A stretch of 64,000 nt of DNA, from positions 5,144,093-5,208,092 of the forward strand of contig MU058687.1 in assembly GCA_013265495.1 (NCBI GenBank). Direction: 5' to 3'. A program made the position numbers and the translations under genes. This DNA comes from Vicugna vicugna (lineage: Eukaryota). Shown piece after piece: positions 23,744-37,461 of this stretch. Within the stretch, counting starts at the first letter, position 1. The number at the start of each line of letters is the position of its first letter. Under the pieces are notes generated by a model. That model was not told the DNA's origin and did no database searches. It saw only the letters and a list, made by a program, of their open reading frames with translations.

Positions 23744-25774
23744 TTTTGCATCTCCCTGACACTGAAACTGTACTTATTCTTAGAGGCTGCAAAGTGGTTA
23801 ATCTCATTATGACAAGATTTGTCATTTCAATTCCAGAGATTCTTTTAGTTAAATTGCATCTTCCAAAGTGCCTCTGTTGAACAGGGCAGGGATCACACAT
23901 CATCAGACGTCAGCAGTCCTGCACTGACACCTGCGCTATTATCAAGGGGCAGGGGGCCATCTCACCACATTATGAATTTGGCAGAAGGATTTTTACAAAT
24001 GTATAGCTTGAATTATAGGCTATGTGTTAATTAGTATAAAAGCCAAAGGAGTACTTGATTTTAAGTTCAACTTGAAATTTTCCATTGATTTCTCAGTTCA
24101 GTGGAATAGTAATATTAATAGCTAATATTCATGGAGTGATTACTCTGTGCCAGGCACAGATTTCCTAGCAGAAATATTTCTCAATTTAGGGAAATGTTCT
24201 GTAGAGTCTCTGGGATAATAATCTTTGGGGAGGCAATAATTATCATGCCTTCTCCTTAAATGAATCGAAATTCAAATCAAGTTCTCCTTTGACATTGGAT
24301 ATGTCAATATCTGGCAGCTACTTTGACATCTATGTCTCACCAGGCCATTTATAACTCCCTGATTTTCTCTTTGCTCTGAAGGCTGCTTTTTCAAGAACTC
24401 CTCACCAATCTATAAAGGCTTTGACAGTTCAGTGGATTGTAGTCAGATGAAGATTTCCAAGGACCAGCTGTGTGAATTGATGGTCATTTGCAACATCACT
24501 AGGACATTCCTTATTGTTCTTAATTTGTGTGATTAAAGAAGCAGAGGGACTATTAGACAGTTAAAAATGTTAACAATGAATTTTACATTTGAAAAACTTA
24601 TAAATAGGGTGAATAAGGGGCTACACCAGGCTGAGAGCAGTATGTTCATCATGGGGAGAATGCCTAAAGGTCTTATTTCAAATTCTGATGATGCAGCAGA
24701 TCTAGATGCCAGCATGTTACAGTAATGCCTGAACTGCCAAACAGTAACCAGAAATCATTGCCCATGGTACAGGTGGCAATCTCTCATGGCAATGTCAGCA
24801 CAGGGAAGACCTGAAAAGCCAAAAACCAAAAAAGATTAGACATAGAGTTCATCCAACTGGAATTTGCTCTCCAGAGGAATTGTAAATGTGGATTGTAATT
24901 GGATGACCTCTGCTCTTTACAAGTTCTCAAAAAGTTTTGGAGCTCTGGGTGGTATTGTTTATGGCTCTGTATGACTATGTATCAAGTCCCCTTACAACAG
25001 AGGCAATCTTTGCATGACAAAAAGATTTCTAGGTTCTAAATGGTAATGTATTTTGAGCTAACATTCAAGTTGATAAAATTTCAAAGTAGCACCAGTGATG
25101 AGTTGGTCATCCTTGTAATCAGTATTAACAAAATTTAACTTTCAAGTTAATTTTTTTGCAACTAATAATAATCTTTCAAATCAAAAAACTAATGAAAAGA
25201 TCCCAAGCTGAATATATGAGCCTCCTCAGTTAGATTTAATACCTTGATTTCTATTCATGATATCATAAAAATCTCCTATTAATATATTTTTAAAACATGA
25301 AATTTAAATACAACACTCAACTGATTGAAAAGCTCCTAGGATTCTTGTTGCAGAAATAAAGCCTAAACCATCGGCAGAATATGAATTCTTTCTGAGTGAC
25401 CCCAATTAGCTTACCAAACTTTTCTTCTCTCATTTCCACTCATCTTCAAAATTTATGCCTTAACTATAGCCACGTGTAACTACCGCAGTTTCTCCAAAGT
25501 GTTGTGGACTTTACCTCTGTTGCTTCTGCTTAAAATGACTCCCTTCCCTTCTCTGCATGAATAACAATAAATTAGCCTTCAAACTCCAGCTCAGCTACAA
25601 CTAACAGAGCTGGTCTGTGCACAGTGATTCCATCAGAGCATCGGCCACATTGTGCTGGCCTAGGAACACATCACAGACAGTAAGCAACTCTACTTTGCCT
25701 TTGCATTTCTAGACTGTCATTTTGAAATCAGTAGAGAGTAAATAATGATTTATTCCTGAATGAATTATTCCCAA

Positions 25775-25900
25775 GGCTGCTGTATATATCATATAGATTT
25801 CATGCACTGCATAGCTCCAGGGATCACAATTCAGAAAGACTAAATGGGATGCCATGCAGTTGTGAAGTACACAACATGAACAACCTTAGGTGGCAAACCG
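25775..25900. mobile_element. MER91-like hAT-Tip100 palindromic element
   Basis: 'ggctgc...tgcactgcatagctccaggg...cagttgtgaagtacacaacatgaacaacc...gtggca' is a decayed inverted-repeat MER91 pattern. Confidence 0.6.
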
Positions 25901-25989
25901 GCAGTCATTCAAGCTAACATTTTTATACTGCTAAAATTTTAATATTTTCTGCTATTCATGCCTTCCTTCATCAGTTGCCAAAACCTGAT

Positions 25990-26960
25990 AAATCAGGATA
26001 AGCTAAGTTTCGCTGCAGTAACAAACAATTCCAAAAACCTCATTTATCTGATACAACAAAAGTCAGTTTCTCACTCACACTGCTTGTCCAGTACAGGCTG
26101 GCAGGGGCACTCTGCTCAGCATCATCTTTCAGAGAATCAGACTGACAGAGGGTCCATCACGGCACAAGAACCCACAATCACTGAAGCATTAAAATCAGAA
26201 CGTGGCAGATCATGCACTGCCTCTCTGAGCTCTTTGGATGTGGCATGTATCACTTCCGATCGCATTGTTACCAGAAAACTGAGTTTGCCTCTTGGTGGGT
26301 GTTGGTCAAACCAAAAGCCATAACCAAGTCAAAGATCAGGAGAAGGAAGGATTTATTAGTTGCGTCAAGTAAGAAGAACATCAGGGATCTTTCCCAAAGC
26401 AATGTCTCCCCAAACAGCGAAATTGGGGGAGCTTTAAGCTCAGGGTACGTGCATATTCACGAAGGGGCTTGAGCAGTTGACAGAGTCCAAGCTTTAGTTG
26501 ACTGAAGTCACCAGGGTCATAAAAGGTGAGCAGCAGCATCCCTTAGGTTCCAGTTGATCTGGCGGTTGAGTGCGTCAGGCTAATCTTCACCATGGAAACA
26601 GAACTAGGAGTCTTTACAGCTGAGTATATTATCTTTGCTATTGTTACTCCCCCGACTGATAAATAGTCATTTGTGTCTGCAGCATTTTGTTACCTTAAGA
26701 TCATTAATTACTAAAACCTGTTCAAGTACAATCATTGTGGCCAGGCTTAGATCACAAAATGGCTTAGGCTGAAAATGGCTTCTCTTATGTCAAGAAAGCC
26801 CTGCATGGTTTTCTTTCTCTGGGGACCTCCCTCTCCTCTCTGCTTACAAAATCTTAGTGGTCAACGAAAGCCATGTGGACATACCTAACTTCAAAAGGGT
26901 CAAAGGAAATGAAATTAGATCACGTGATCTAAAGAAGGGAAGCATATTTATGAATAGGAG
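25990..26960 (-). mobile_element. MLT1K/L-like LTR split by a younger LTR
   Basis: 'tcaggataagctaagtt.cgctgcagtaacaaacaa', resumes after 26848 with 'catgtggacatacctaacttcaaaaggg'. Confidence 0.7.
26266..26848 (-). mobile_element. ERV1-type solo LTR (artiodactyl)
   Basis: TG...CA termini ('tgttaccagaaa...tgcttaca') and minus-strand AATAAA at ~26352. TSD degenerate. Confidence 0.8.
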
Positions 26961-26964
26961 ATGT

Positions 26965-27900
26965 TTCTATTTCTGCTCGATTTAACTAGTTTAACTCCTG
27001 CCTACCTCATCCTTGGACCATCACAAAACCTTACTTGGCCTCCTTGCCTGCTTTTTCTTTCCTTCACTTTGCACTCAGCCCTTTTCCCTATCACTGACAG
27101 ATTAATCTCCCTAAAGTCCAACTTATTCTTACTTCTTTTAAGAAGAGATTTTTAATTAGAAACCTTTAGTGATTCCCCACTGACTACCAAATTAGGCCCC
27201 AATTTTTTCATCTAATCCATCCTTTTTCATTCATTCCACAAACAATTTTTGAGACATTAATGAGGATCAGATACCACATGAGACACTGAGGGAATGAAGG
27301 AAAAGAGTTCCTGAGCTTACTAGAGCATACAGTCCAGTAAGTGAGCTGGACACAAAAAGAAAATAGAACATTTCAGTGTGATAAGTGTGATGCTGTATGG
27401 CATAATTCAGCAGTAACATCAAGGAGGAAATAACATTATTGGGAGTCAGTTAAAGCATCTCTGAGGAGGAGATGTTTAAGGTGGTTCTGCTTCCAGGCAA
27501 ATATAGTTGAGGATGGGAGAATGGGGGAGGGGGGAGGGTCCTTCCTTGCAGAGGGAATAGTGTGGATAGAAATGGAGGCATGAAAATCTGGTGTATTGTG
27601 AGACATGTATGACTGTTCTGTAGGCTGGAATGGAAGGAGCTCACAGAAGTGGGATGGGAACAGTTCTGAGGGGCAGGAAGTATACCTGGAAAGAGAGATT
27701 GAGGCCAGGTGGGGAGTAGAGGAGGCTTAAAAGTCGACATTAAGGAGTTTATCCTTTTGCCCTTGGAAATGCAGAATAATCAAATGGGACATTTAAGCAG
27801 GCAATTATGTGATCCTCTTTGCACTTTAGAAGGTTCACTCCAGTGATCATGCAGACCCAGAACTGGAAGTTCAAGGAAATCTATTTTAGGGAGTCTCTTG
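26965..27900. mobile_element. L2 fragments: sense piece (~26965-27220) abutting an antisense 3' end (~27225-27900)
   Basis: 'cattcattccacaaacaatttttgag' is the antisense L2 tail; 'gcatctctgaggaggagatgtttaag', 'gcagagggaatag', 'tttgcactttagaaaggttcactc'. Confidence 0.7.
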
Positions 27901-27903
27901 CTA

Positions 27904-28313
27904 TGTGATGGTTAATTTTACGTGTCAACTTTCCTGAGCCATCGGGTGCCCAAATATTTGGTCAGACATTGTTCTGGGTGTTTCTAGGAGGGCATTTTAG
28001 ATGAGATTAACATTAAATAGGTAGACTTTAAGTAAAGTAGATTGCTCTCCCCAATATGGGTGGGCCTCATCCAATCGTTGAAATCCTGGAAAGAACCAAA
28101 AGACTGGCCTCCCCTGAGCAAGGGAGAGAATTCTCCAGCAGACTGTCTCAAATTTTATCTGCAACATTAGTTCTTCCTTGTTCTAAGGCATACTGCCTTT
28201 GGACTTAACTGGAATATTTTTTCTCCTGGATCTCCATAATGCCAGCCCATTCTGTGGATTTTGGACTTACCAGCCTCCATAATTATGTGAGCCAATTCTC
28301 AATAATCAATCTA

Positions 28314-28377
<64 letters not shown>

Positions 28378-28700
28378 ACTATATATACATTCTATTGATT
28401 TTATTTTTCTGGAGAATCCTGTCTAATAACAGATTTTGATACTGAGAGTGGTTCTAAAGGAACAGAATCTTAAGGATGAATTTTCCAAATTGGTTCCAGG
28501 GTTTCTGGAATTGGCTCTTAAACTGATTAGATTGAAAGTCATTAGTGACTATTTTAAGTAGTAAAGACACTAATAGCCCATGGCCTGACCTGGCAGGATA
28601 TGCAATCTATCACCACTGGCTACTTTTAATCAAATACGACAAGAAGCAAGAATCTGAGTGAACATGTATATGATACTTTTGAACATTTTTGTCAAACTCA
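27904..28700 (+). mobile_element. MLT2 (D-like) 5' LTR plus start of ERV-L internal region, 3'-truncated
   Basis: 'tgtgatggttaattttacgtgtcaact...ctggagaatcctgtctaataaca' (LTR to ~28431), then 'gattttgatactgagagtggttct' internal start. Confidence 0.85.
28308..28380 (+). repeat. Compound (TCTG)n(TCTA)n tetranucleotide microsatellite inside the MLT2 LTR
   Basis: Directly visible. Confidence 0.95.
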
Positions 28701-29494
28701 CCATCTTAAAAGTTTAGTGTTTAAAGAGTCAGGAAGTAGTCTAAGAAATGTTAATTGACTTACCCAAGGCAGCAAAATCTATAGTAAGAGAAGTGTGTCT
28801 TGAACTCACATTTGCTGGGGCTGTGTGATTTTGATTTTGGTCATAGGAATTTACATTTGAACTACAACTTGCAGTTCTGTGGAAATCCTTCAGTAGTTTT
28901 CGGTAAGGTCATAGTGCAGATGCTGGCTAATGATTTACCACCAATGGAGGTAGACATTAGCACGTTGCCCCATAAGCAATTTCTATAGACTGCCATAGAG
29001 GACATAATTATGTCAATAACTTGAGAGATCCCTAACTGATCTTCTTGACAAGAACCAACTAGCAGTAATGAATGGAAAGAAAAAAAATTTTTGGAAAGGG
29101 GATCATTTCCGCAGATAAATTCAGAGTTGACTACAACACTACTTAAATCTGAGCTGTAGCTGCTGACTGGAGACTGTAATATGTTGATCTAAACTGCCTG
29201 TATGGGCTGATGTAAGGATTCACTAGAAATTAAGCTAAAAACGGAGCTATTTCTCTATGACCTAGCTTTAGGTTTTTAAAAACTGAAAATATTTTTCAAA
29301 GGGTTGGTAAATTAACTTCTTCTACTGACAAGAAAAAGAAGTCACTCATTATTTTCTAGTCAAGGGGGATTAAAAGGCTGTGAAACTATATCCAATGCAC
29401 AAATGTTGTAATTATGATAAATATTTGTCCTTTCTGTTTTCACTACAAACTCAGAAATCCTAGAGTCTGTGTTTGGCACATGCAAGAGATTACA

Positions 29495-29506
29495 GCCATC
29501 TGCTGG
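29495..29506 (-). promoter_or_regulatory. Candidate CTCF core site
   Basis: Minus strand CCAGCAGATGGC matches core consensus CCASYAGRKGGC, in non-repeat DNA. Confidence 0.35.
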
Positions 29507-31126
29507 GAGACAAAGCTGTCAATTATAAAACAATCTGGCTTTCCATTCCATTCCATTTCCAGGTTTAATGTGCCCCAACTGAGGTAGGATTTTTTATTAT
29601 TATCATTAAAACTGGAAAGTTCCTGATGCCCTCTGCCCTGCGATTTTATTCTCAGGATCCCAAGAGATATGCTAATCTTTGAACTTGGAGTTTCAAACTC
29701 AAGATCAGCATGTTTTGTACAGGCTGTTTAATAAGGTGAATCACCCTAAGGTGAGGCTCTGAGCTCTTCAACCAACTTGAACAGAAAATGGTTTCATTCA
29801 TTTGAAGCTAAGGAGAGAAATTACAGCAAACAGAAACAACTAAATGGAGGTAGGGATGTCTTCTGTCAGCTGGAATGACGAACATTTGAAAAAGTGGCTT
29901 TGGGGTTAAAAAAAGCCAATAAAACATGGAGCACACAATGACCAGTTTAATAACAGGATTCAGCCACACTGAGAAGGAGCAGTTCATAACCATGGTAGAG
30001 ACATTTGAATGAAAGAGGCAGTGGTCCTAAAACTGTGCCCAGTAAAGACCTAACGGAGGTGAGTTAGCCTTTTTGAGGGGGCAGCTTCCATATGAGAAAA
30101 TTCACCCTGCTTTCTTGAATTCTTCCTGCAATTTTACCAGAAACCATTACCTCGGGTTTTTGTCTTCAGACAGTTAAATTGCCTTTTAGCCGACGGTTCA
30201 GAAACGCTTCTATTCCTCAGCAGCAGTGAAGGAAGAACTGGCTTTCAAACAGACACCTAGTAGTAGAGAATAAAATTTTTCTCACCTAGATCTGTGCCTG
30301 GGTCAGGCCTGGGCACACCTCCCAGGGACTACTGAGAGCCTAGATTAAGGCTCTGTTTATATAATGCTAATTATAGTATCGTCTGAAAGAGTTCTCTCTC
30401 AAGGCCTTTAGTGACCAGAGAAAAATGAAAATGAGTTTGAGTTTTCCCAAGTGCGTCTGATTCCTCACCTCAATTCAATTTGGAAACCATAGTTTGCATT
30501 TCATAATGATGACCCAACCTTGGTCAATAATTTCACCTACTGACTCTCAAAATCCAGGCCAAAAAAAAAAAAAGACTATGCTTTATAGATGAAGCGTCCA
30601 CTGAAATCTAATTCATCAGTTTTCTGATAATTAGGGCATCTCTCTCTAGTTCATGGGAGCAAATGCAGCTCTTGTTTCAGGGAGGTCAAACTGAATTTCA
30701 AAGTTAGAGTTACCTTCTACTCTCCAGCTGGCTGTGTCTGCCCATATGGTGACCACTCCCCACAGCAGTAGCCCCAGAGCTATCATTTCACTTTGCCTTC
30801 TCTCTGTCTCTCTTACCCAGCCATTAACATTTATGGGTCCCAGGTCTCATTCTGTCCACTGGATTAAATGGCAACCCATACTAAAGAAGAGTTGACTTAT
30901 CTTACTGTCTAGTAGAGCAGTTCTCAGCTGCAGCATCACAGTGCATTTCTGCAACATATTTAGCTGTGAGGTTTAGTATAATTAATTTAACATCCATACA
31001 GAGATTCCCCTACTTAAGGACTTCCAACTTCAGACCTTTATAGACTTAAAACTTCCAAATAAAACTGTCAACTTTCTTATCCTCAACAAATGGCAATATG
31101 TGAGGGTCCCTGCAGAGAGGTGTTGT

Positions 31127-31654
31127 TGAAGGCGACCAAGATAAATCCCCTTAAAATATGCCATTTTGACATAAGGATTATTTTCCGCTGAAGGCAACTG
31201 AGAATCAACAGATGCAGGAAGAGTTCCCTGCCCTCCCCTTATCTGCCTAAAAGCAAAGCATACATTTCCCTTGTGAAGGTGACTCCATTGTACCAGGAGG
31301 AAGAGACTGACTCTTTATCACTTGAGACAGAAAGTCAACACCAAGATGAGTTTATAGAAACAAATCTTACTCAAGTAACCCTTATCTCCCATTCGTCCCC
31401 CCAGATATTTCTTAGCCACTTCCCCACAATTTATGATCCTTTGAAGCCCAAACCCCCTTTCCTATAGTAAAATGACATAAGAGCCCCTGAGTCTAACCAC
31501 TTACTCAAGTGTCATTTCTTTTATATGAATTTCCCGTGCATACAACTATTAATAAAAATTCTGTCTTTTCTCCTCTCAATCCATCTTTTGTTTAATTCAC
31601 AGACCTCCATGACTGAATATACAAGGGTAGAGGAAGAGTTTTTCCTCTCAGACA
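31127..31654 (+). mobile_element. MER34-like ERV1 solo LTR
   Basis: 'aaaatatgccattttgacataaggattatttt..gctgaaggcaactgagaa', AATAAA near 31551, ends 'gggtagaggaagagtttttcctctcagaca'. Confidence 0.8.
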
Positions 31655-31889
31655 GCGTCCTGAAGTTAAGTTTCAACACTGTACACCTAAGGTTGATAAG
31701 GGAGCTGGACAGGAAAATGTCTGAGACTATAAATCCTACGTGAGGTAAAGTTACTGCTGATGGAAATTTTTCTGGGGACCATGGATGTTGCTTCACACTC
31801 AAGACAATTTGCATCTGTACATCATCAAGGTCAATGGTAAGAAAGAAAGTGAGGTTACCCAACGGAGTTTCTGGAGTTCATTAATGATG

Positions 31890-32448
31890 TGTGTGGCCCC
31901 CACAGCTAGTTAACCTACGCTATCTATTTTCCCCTTCTTCCTTATTCATAACTTGAATTTCTTTTTCACAACCCTTAATTCTTTATAAGCTCAGATTTCA
32001 CTCAGGGCAACAGTGGTTAATTGTTCAGGCCATTTGAAAGAACTTAACATCTCAGACCCCATGAAACTAGGGGATTATGTGACCCATGTGTGGTGAATGA
32101 GGGGAAGTCTCCAAGTGGAGATTTTGAGAATGCTATTGTTTTCCTGTCAAAAAGGGTCCCACAGGCCTGTATGAACGTTTTGCTGTTTATTTTTCTCTTT
32201 TCTTCTTGCTGGAATAAAGATGCAATGTCTGGAGTATAGCAGCCATCTTACAATCATGAAGTTAAAAGATGCAAGCTAAGAATGGTGGACCAGGAGGCAG
32301 AAAGAGCCTCACTCTTTATCTACTTCCTAGAGCAACTGTGTCAGTTTTGGAACACCTGCCTCTGGAGCTCTTGTTCTGTAAGAAAAATCTCTGTTTGAGC
32401 CATAGTTGAACTTCCTGTTGCATGAAGCCATCACAATTCTAAGTGACC
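31890..32448 (+). mobile_element. MLT1J/L-like LTR
   Basis: 'atgtgacccatgtgtgg', 'gatgcaatgtctggagtatagcagccatcttacaatcatga', ends 'tgaagcca..acaattctaagtgac'. Confidence 0.7.
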
Positions 32449-34519
32449 AAACTGCTTCAGCAGAATTTAATATTGATGAAAGTGACTTACTTTGAGGGAA
32501 CGAATGCTTGAAATATCTTACTTTAAGACTATGAAGGGCTAGTTCACATATCTGTACAGGAAAGTGTACTGGATGAGCACATTAAATTTCTCTCTGTAAT
32601 CATGGATTTATAAAAAGAGAAGAATAAAGAAAAGGACTTACAAACAGACATTTTGGCTATTTATATTTTTTTCATTGTCAAGGAAATTATTAGTAAATCA
32701 TTTCTCTTTATGTAAATTGAAATGCATTGAATAATATTCTTATAACAGTGCCTTCCTCCCCTGAAGCTCTCTTGTTCTGACAGAAGGATGGAGCTGTAAG
32801 TAGCACTTATGGAACAGAGCACAGTGCTGGACATACCCTGAGTCTTTCCTCTGTGACAATTTCACTTGGTGTATTTGTCACAGGGAACTATTTTAAAACT
32901 GCTAGAATAACAACTGTAAGCTGTGAATAGATTTCTGAATTAACGCACTCTTCTTTTAACAATTCCTTCTGCAAATGCAGTCTTAACCCAATAAAGTGCT
33001 ATAAGAGAATGAGAAGGTGGGTATTGGGGGAAACTTTCAGCATTCTTCAGAATTGGTTCCACCTCCATGGATGGATAAGGCTCTGGCATGTAAGTTGGCA
33101 GAAGGGCTGAAAGGAGAGAAGAAAGACAAAACCTCCTTTACAGAACTTGGAATGTGGCTCCTTGAGCTTTCCTGGGTAGGTCTGTTTGCACAGGAATCAT
33201 CCCTTAGAGTTCCTTCCACCAGGGAGAGATTCCAACATCAGGTCTGTGACTGGCAAAGCTCCCTTGCTGCCTCACCCTCACTGCAAGGGACCGAATGCAT
33301 CAATCAGCATCACTTTCCTAAGACTCTGTTTGCATTCAGGAGGGCCAAAGTTTTCCTTATTTACAATTAAGTCAGTGAAACATTCTGCTAGAACTGGATC
33401 CGCATGGAGGCTTGCCAGTATCACACATCCTCACCCCAACATCCAACTCGTAAAGAATACATACTCTTTGGTGTTGCATACAGTGGAGTGTTTAATAGCC
33501 ACACAGCACCCCTACACAGGATTGAAAAGCAGAGACAAAGACTAGGTCTGATGGAACCTGCAGGGGAAATTTCAGGTGGCAGAATGTAATTACCCGAGTT
33601 AGGATACTGAGGTTAACTAACACCTATGTTCTCTTATCTAAAAGTTATTCAGGATCTTTATCAGCTGTAAATGACTTGAATCTTAGTTTTACAACCTGGT
33701 AGTGAAGAGGAAGGCAATTCTCCAGCAACAAGGCAGTCTCTTGCTTGGAAACACTGTTTCTCATCCGGCACCACCTGCATATCCCCTTGGCTGTCCCCCC
33801 GGGCCAGGCACTGATGCAGCCAAATCCAGCGAGCCTGTGAGAGCGGCCAGGAACACAGCAGAAGGTGTTGGCTTCCTGGACCCTTGATGAGGCCATCTGG
33901 ACTCAACACACCTGTTTCGGAGGGTTTCCATGGCTTGGTTTACAAATGTAAGTGCAGCTCAAAACGTTCCGGTCCAGTGCTGATCATTCACCTTAACATT
34001 TGGGGGAGTTAATTATGCAACAAGATCATTTTGGTGCCCATTTGCTCCTCCGTTGTAAACTTCAGATGGCAAAAACTGTGTTTCTCAGTATTTTTTTTTA
34101 GCAGAAGGAACAGATGTAAAAGTGCTTTCAGTTCCTTTATAAAGGTGACACTAGGCCAGATTTGATATTACACTAAGTCCCATATAACATTTAAAAATGA
34201 GTTTTTTCAACCATAAAATTACTAATTGATCTGTCTTGTAAAAAGATAAAGGAAATGAATGCCTATTTGAGTTTCATTTCTGTCAGGCTCCTGATTCCTT
34301 ATTTTATGTAGCGCAAAATGAATTTTAATGAAGCAGCCTCCAAATTTCAAAATATGCCATTACCGTTCAGAAGTAATTGGCATATTTGACTGCCTTTTCC
34401 TTTCTTAGAGTCTGGCTGACTTTCTAATCTTGAAGTCAATGTTCCATTCAACACTTCCTTCCACATACCATCTGAAAGAAGTAAATTAAAACAAGGGGAG
34501 GGACGACACCAGATAGAGT

Positions 34520-34860
34520 TCATTCATTTAGCTAATCAACAAATATTTATGGAATTCCTGCTGTACGTCAGGCACTGTTCCAGGTGGTGCAAAGAGAATA
34601 GAGGACAAGGAGTGAAAAATCCCGGCTCTTGTGGGATTCTGTGTTAGTGGAGTGAGACGATATAATAAACACACAAATATATAATATTCAGGTGACGATC
34701 AATGCTATGAAGAAATGTAATGAATATTAATGGTAGGGGAGGATGAGTTGGAGAAAATTCTGTACGTTTTATTTAGGGGAGCCCAGATGAGCCTCTGGGA
34801 AAATGGTTTTTGAGCAGAGACTGAGTCAAGTGAGAATGTGAACTATTTGGGGAATGAGAA
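34520..34860 (-). mobile_element. L2 3' end
   Basis: 'tcattcattta..aatcaacaaatatttatggaattcctgctgtacgtcaggcactgttc'. Confidence 0.8.
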
Positions 34861-35009
34861 TCAACAGATAGACTAGCCTTTCTTCTCCCGTGCATCTTTT
34901 ATGCCTACTTGTATCCATAGCAGAAGGCAATCATTTTCTTTAAAAAAAAACAACAACACACTTCTGGTTGCTTTGTCTAATCTGAGAGGTGACAGAGGGC
35001 ATGAGGGGG

Positions 35010-35600
35010 AAGCCAACTTTGATTGAGTACCTACATATAACAGAACATGTGTATTTCCACGTTTCGTGAATCAGTGTGACAACCCTCTGGTCTGGTGGTT
35101 TGATTCTCATTTTACAGCTGCGAAAGCAAAGTTTCAGGGATCTTGAGTAGCTGGGTGGTTGAACTTTCCAGTTATTTTTTGCTGCATTATAAACTCCTAA
35201 ATTTGGTGCCTTCAAATAGCAATATTTATTTATTTTACACATGAGTATGAGATTTGGACAATACTCAAAAGAGAAGGCTTGTGTCTGCTCCACGTAGCAT
35301 CCTCTGGGGAGGGGGATCTGTACCCAAGATGGTCCACTCCCATGACTGGCAAGCTCAGCAAGGATAATTTCCTAATTCCTAGATTCCTCTGCCTCCATCC
35401 ATTATTCAGCGAGCGTTCTGGAGTGCCCCTGCTCTCTACTCTGAAGTCCAACTGCTTGAGCTCTCATCCTTCCTCTTCCACTTGCTTGCTGGTGAAACTT
35501 ACAAGATTTACTCAATCTCCTCGTGCCTCGGTTTTATTAAATGTAAAACATCAGGATTTAAGGAAGGTCCAGAGAGTGTCTCATGCACTTAATAGACCAT
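35010..35600. mobile_element. MIR (antisense), MLT1 fragment and MIR (sense) cluster
   Basis: 'ttgattgagtacctac...ctcattttacagctg.gaaagcaaag'; 'gctgcattataaactcctaaatttggtgccttcaaatagcaatatttatt'; 'ctctgaagtcca.ctgcttgagctctcatcct'. Confidence 0.6.
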
Positions 35601-36603
35601 TAATCCCTGCCCCTATAATACTACCACCTCAGCCTCACTGCCTTAAAAAATCAATTCCAAGAAGGCAGGTAAAATTAGAATTAATGGTCCACCTTCTCCA
35701 AAAAGATTGCCGTGTCTTATATCTCCACAAGAGGTCCAAGACCCATATGATAGCCTTTTTTTTTTTTAATATGATAGTCTTCTTTACAAGGACTGCTATT
35801 TTCCTATGGTTCTATATAACCCTGAATCTAACTTAAGCTCTCATTCTTTCCCAAAGCACCAGATTCTTCCACTTTTCTCTTTGGAATTCATGGTCTATCA
35901 CGAGGAAAAAAAACTATTTTCTAAAAGAGTCCTTCACTTTCTTTTTTTAAGGGAAAATGAATGGTTTCCTAAAGTTCTCTCCTGTGATAGCTGTTTCTTT
36001 GTTACCACTACCCTACATAGTATAGGGCTTTTTAGAAGGATAATTGTCCTTCTCATTCTTTGTTACCGTGTCTAACTCATTTCTTTTCTGATCATCCCCC
36101 AACCCAGTATCCTTTGAAGCAAATGCCATCAAACTATACTGTCTATCATCCTTTCATAACACAGTCATCACCAATACCCCTGGGTTTTCCTCGTCCTTCA
36201 TGGGAGAACTTGACACCTGGCTCATTCACTACTTTTTTCTCGACTACCATTTTCTGTCATCATATTGTATGACTTCAGCACGCATATAGGTAATCCATCC
36301 ATTCTCCTGGTCTCTAACAAGGGTTTGTCCTTTGCTCTTCCAACCATCTTGTCTTTTATCCCATCTCAACCTTTCACTCTTACAGCCACATTCTGGATCT
36401 CATATCTTTCCAGCTTACTTCCCTCAGCACTTTGATTCCATTAATTATTCAATCCATCAAGAGTTTCAATTCACTTTTCCTAATTATCCTTTCCATGTTA
36501 CTTCTTCCTTCCATACCCTGCTAGGTAGGATTCTACAGTGCATATTATTAGTGATCACACCTTTTTGCATATTCTATCAACAACTTGACCTTTGCTACCT
36601 ACA

Positions 36604-37128
36604 TGTTAGTTTTCTATTGCTGAGATGACAAATTATTTACTACAAACTTAGTGGTTTGAAATAACATTCATTTATCATCTCACAATTGTATAGGTCAGAA
36701 ATCTGGTGGTCTCTTATCTGGAAGCTCTGAAGAAGAATTCACTTCCAAGCTCATTCAAGTTGTTGGCTCAGCCCAGTTTCTTGCAGTTGTTGGACTGAGG
36801 TCCCCATTTCTTTGTGGCTGTTGGCTGGGGGCCACCCTTAGCCCGAGGCCACCCTCTGGACCACTACATTTCAGAGCCACAAGGCCTGTCAAATCCTTCT
36901 CACACCTTGAATTTCTCCAATCTTCTCTTCTACCTTTAAGCTTTTAAATGGCCCATTGGATCCACCTGGATAACTCAAGATGCTCTTCTTTATCTTAAAC
37001 TCAGCTGATTAATGACCTTAATTTCATCAGAAAAGTCTCTTTACAGTAGGACTTAGATTAATGTCTGACAGAATAACCAGGGGATGGGAATCTTGGAGGG
37101 ACATCTTTAAAATTTTGCATACCACCAC
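36604..37128 (-). mobile_element. MLT1E/D-like solo LTR inside L2
   Basis: 'tgttagttttctattgctg...acaaacttagtggtttgaaataaca', 'cacttccaagctcattcaagttgttggc', ends 'ttgcataccac'. Confidence 0.8.
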
Positions 37129-37461
37129 CTGTGTAATTTTCACATGGCACACTCCAGCTCTTCTTAAACCTGACTCTTGACCCATCTGCAACAGCTCCAC
37201 TGTATCTCAGCGTAGCTGAAGAAAAACAATGTTCTAACAGGGCTTATTCTGAATTTGTGATGGCAAATCTTAGGTAAGGCTCAGCATATCCCAACAGTCA
37301 TTCTACATTTTCCAAGACAATTCCTGCTTCCCCTCTCCCAAATGGCAATCACATGCTGTTCTACTCCTTAAAACTTAACCCTCTTCCTAATAATCTGCAT
37401 CTAGATGGTGACTTCAACTCTTATTTCACCAATGGAAAGACTCAAGGAAATCAGAAGAAAA

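Noticed and set aside
35279..35836. Longest ORF (185 aa)
   Set aside because: Runs across MLT1 and MIR fragments, has a non-ATG start, and shows no domain or splice context.
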